NCBI GenBank assembly: GCA_902795755.1
Contig: CADBMO010000080.1
Location: 1-26,849, forward strand
Reading direction: 5' to 3'
Length of the DNA stretch: 26,849 bases
DNA from: an uncultured Erysipelotrichaceae bacterium
Lineage (GTDB): Bacteria; Bacillota_I; Bacilli_A; RF39; UBA660
The position numbers and the translations under genes are program-made. The notes beneath the pieces are model-generated. The model searched no databases and was not told the origin of the DNA. It saw nothing but the letters and a program-made list of their open reading frames with translations. This document shows, piece after piece, positions 25,562 to 26,849 of this stretch; position 1 is the first letter of the stretch; every line of letters starts with the position of its first letter.

Positions 25562-26017
25562 ATGAAAGTTACAGTTGTAAAAGATAAGAAAAGTAAATCG
25601 ATATATAAAATAAACTTATTCTTAGAATGGATTATATACATGCTTGTTTATGCATGTGTTATGTGGGTTGCATCACAAATATTTAAATCATTATATGTTG
25701 AAAGTTTTTTATATGGGTTTTTAGCATCAGTAATTATATATATATTAAATAAAACAATAAAACCATTTTTGGTTCAAATATCACTTCCATTAATAGGAAT
25801 GTCGTTAGGGTTATTTTATTTTGTTATTAACGTTGTGATATTATTAATAACACACTTTTTATTAGGAAAACATTTTTATTTAACTGGTTTTTTCTCTCCG
25901 TTTGTAGTTTCGATTTTTATAAGTGTAGTAAATCTTTTATTAGAAGGATTTGTAATAAAACCATTATTAGAAAGGTGTGAAGGAAAACATGAATCCAATA
26001 GCAGTAAACATAGGTAA
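25562..26017 (+). CDS. DUF360 (YvlD-like, so-called phage holin family IV) membrane protein
   Basis: About 150 aa with 4 TM helices. ATG 25562 follows SD AAGGTGA and an extended -10 TGcTATAAT (25538-25546). Located upstream of lgt, as I recall for yvlD in B. subtilis. Confidence 0.55.
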   Translation: MKVTVVKDKKSKSIYKINLFLEWIIYMLVYACVMWVASQIFKSLYVESFLYGFLASVIIYILNKTIKPFLVQISLPLIGMSLGLFYFVINVVILLITHFLLGKHFYLTGFFSPFVVSIFISVVNLLLEGFVIKPLLERCEGKHESNSSKHR

Positions 26018-26849
26018 TTTATCGATAACTTGGTACGCAATTTTTATTCTTTCAGGAATAATAATTGCATATGTTTTAATTAATAAAGAAGCAAAAAAAT
26101 TTAATATACCAACATCGTTTATATCTAACTTAGTATTTTGGTGCGTTATATTTGGAATAATAGGTGCAAGAATATATTATGTTATATTTAATCTTGATTA
26201 TTATGCACAAGATCCTATAGAAGCAATTAAAGTATGGAATGGTGGTCTTGCAATACACGGTGGTATTATCGCTGGACTAATAACGTTAATACTATATTGT
26301 AAAAAGGAAAAAATCAACGTATTAAAAATGCTTGATATTGCAGCACCTTACGTAATGCTTGCACAAGCAATTGGAAGATGGGGAAACTTTTTTAATAGTG
26401 AGGCGCATGGGCCTATAGTATCTAAAACATTTTTGGTAAGTCATCATATACCTAAGTTTGTAATTGATGGTATGTTTATAGATGGACATTATTATCACCC
26501 AACGTTTTTCTATGAATCAGTATTATGTTTATTAGGATTTGTATTGTTGATAACCATTAGAAGATTAAAAAGCACTAAAAATGGCAACACTATTTCTTTA
26601 TATTTAATATGGTATGGAGTAATCAGATACTTTATTGAATCACTTAGAACAGATAGTTTGATGTTAGCAGACTTTAAGATGGCGCAAATAATATCAATAA
26701 TAATGATTATAGTTGGTATAATAATGTTTATATCAACATGTATTCATAGCAATAGATATAATGAGGAAAAAGAACAAATAATAAAACAAAATAGTAAAAA
26801 TAAAGAGAAAAAGAAAAGCAAGAAATATGAACTGCACCCCATAAAGTAG
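25989..26849 (+). CDS. lgt: Prolipoprotein diacylglyceryl transferase
   Basis: MNPIAVNIGNLSITWYAI N-terminus, GARIYY, WNGGLAIHGG, GRWGNFFNSEAHG signature. Complete: TAG at 26847-26849 is the last triplet of the window. Start 25989 is preferred over the ORF-track 25977. Overlaps the DUF360 gene by 29 nt. Confidence 0.9.
   Translation: MNPIAVNIGNLSITWYAIFILSGIIIAYVLINKEAKKFNIPTSFISNLVFWCVIFGIIGARIYYVIFNLDYYAQDPIEAIKVWNGGLAIHGGIIAGLITLILYCKKEKINVLKMLDIAAPYVMLAQAIGRWGNFFNSEAHGPIVSKTFLVSHHIPKFVIDGMFIDGHYYHPTFFYESVLCLLGFVLLITIRRLKSTKNGNTISLYLIWYGVIRYFIESLRTDSLMLADFKMAQIISIIMIIVGIIMFISTCIHSNRYNEEKEQIIKQNSKNKEKKKSKKYELHPIK

Noticed and set aside
25562-26017. Considered the DUF360 'phage holin family' gene as evidence of a prophage lysis cassette.
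   Set aside because: There is no endolysin or other phage gene nearby. The gene overlaps lgt and matches what I recall as the conserved yvlD-like chromosomal context. The holin label for this family is weakly founded.

Overview
Strongly AT-rich, gene-dense chromosomal segment. About 90% is coding and all but two genes are on the + strand. It looks like a low-GC Bacillota-type bacterium with a cell wall using the standard code: TGA terminates several ORFs and RF2 carries its TGA-dependent frameshift. The backbone is housekeeping and collinear with the B. subtilis secA-prfB-yvjA-ftsEX ... uvrBA ... lgt region: SecA tail, prfB, YitT/YvjA-like protein, ftsE, ftsX, coiled-coil M23 hydrolase, uvrB, uvrA, DUF360 protein, lgt. 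Lineage-specific blocks interrupt it. (1) About 5 kb lies between secA and prfB: DUF3781, TMEM43-like protein, SGNH esterase, zinc-ribbon/DUF4352-like protein, a small basic ORF, and a T-box-controlled ProRS-like enzyme lacking the editing domain, followed by a YgjV-like protein. (2) An alr-type racemase is translationally coupled to an ATP-grasp ligase, next to a MurJ/SpoVB-type flippase, a membrane protein, aqpZ and purA. (3) A 2.9-kb cassette splits uvrB from uvrA: two tandem DUF4190 paralogues, an XRE regulator and a zinc-ribbon/DUF4352 protein. (4) An ArpU-like regulator with an overlapping 44-codon ORF sits between uvrA and lgt. I found no CRISPR array, tRNA/rRNA gene, transposase, integrase or recognisable canonical defence system. 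The best leads for something undescribed are the uvrB/uvrA cassette, the racemase/ATP-grasp pair, the minimal T-box ProRS with an ORF ending inside Stem I, and a self-contained 31-codon hydrophobic peptide gene. All are hypotheses from sequence reading and motif recall; no searches were run.
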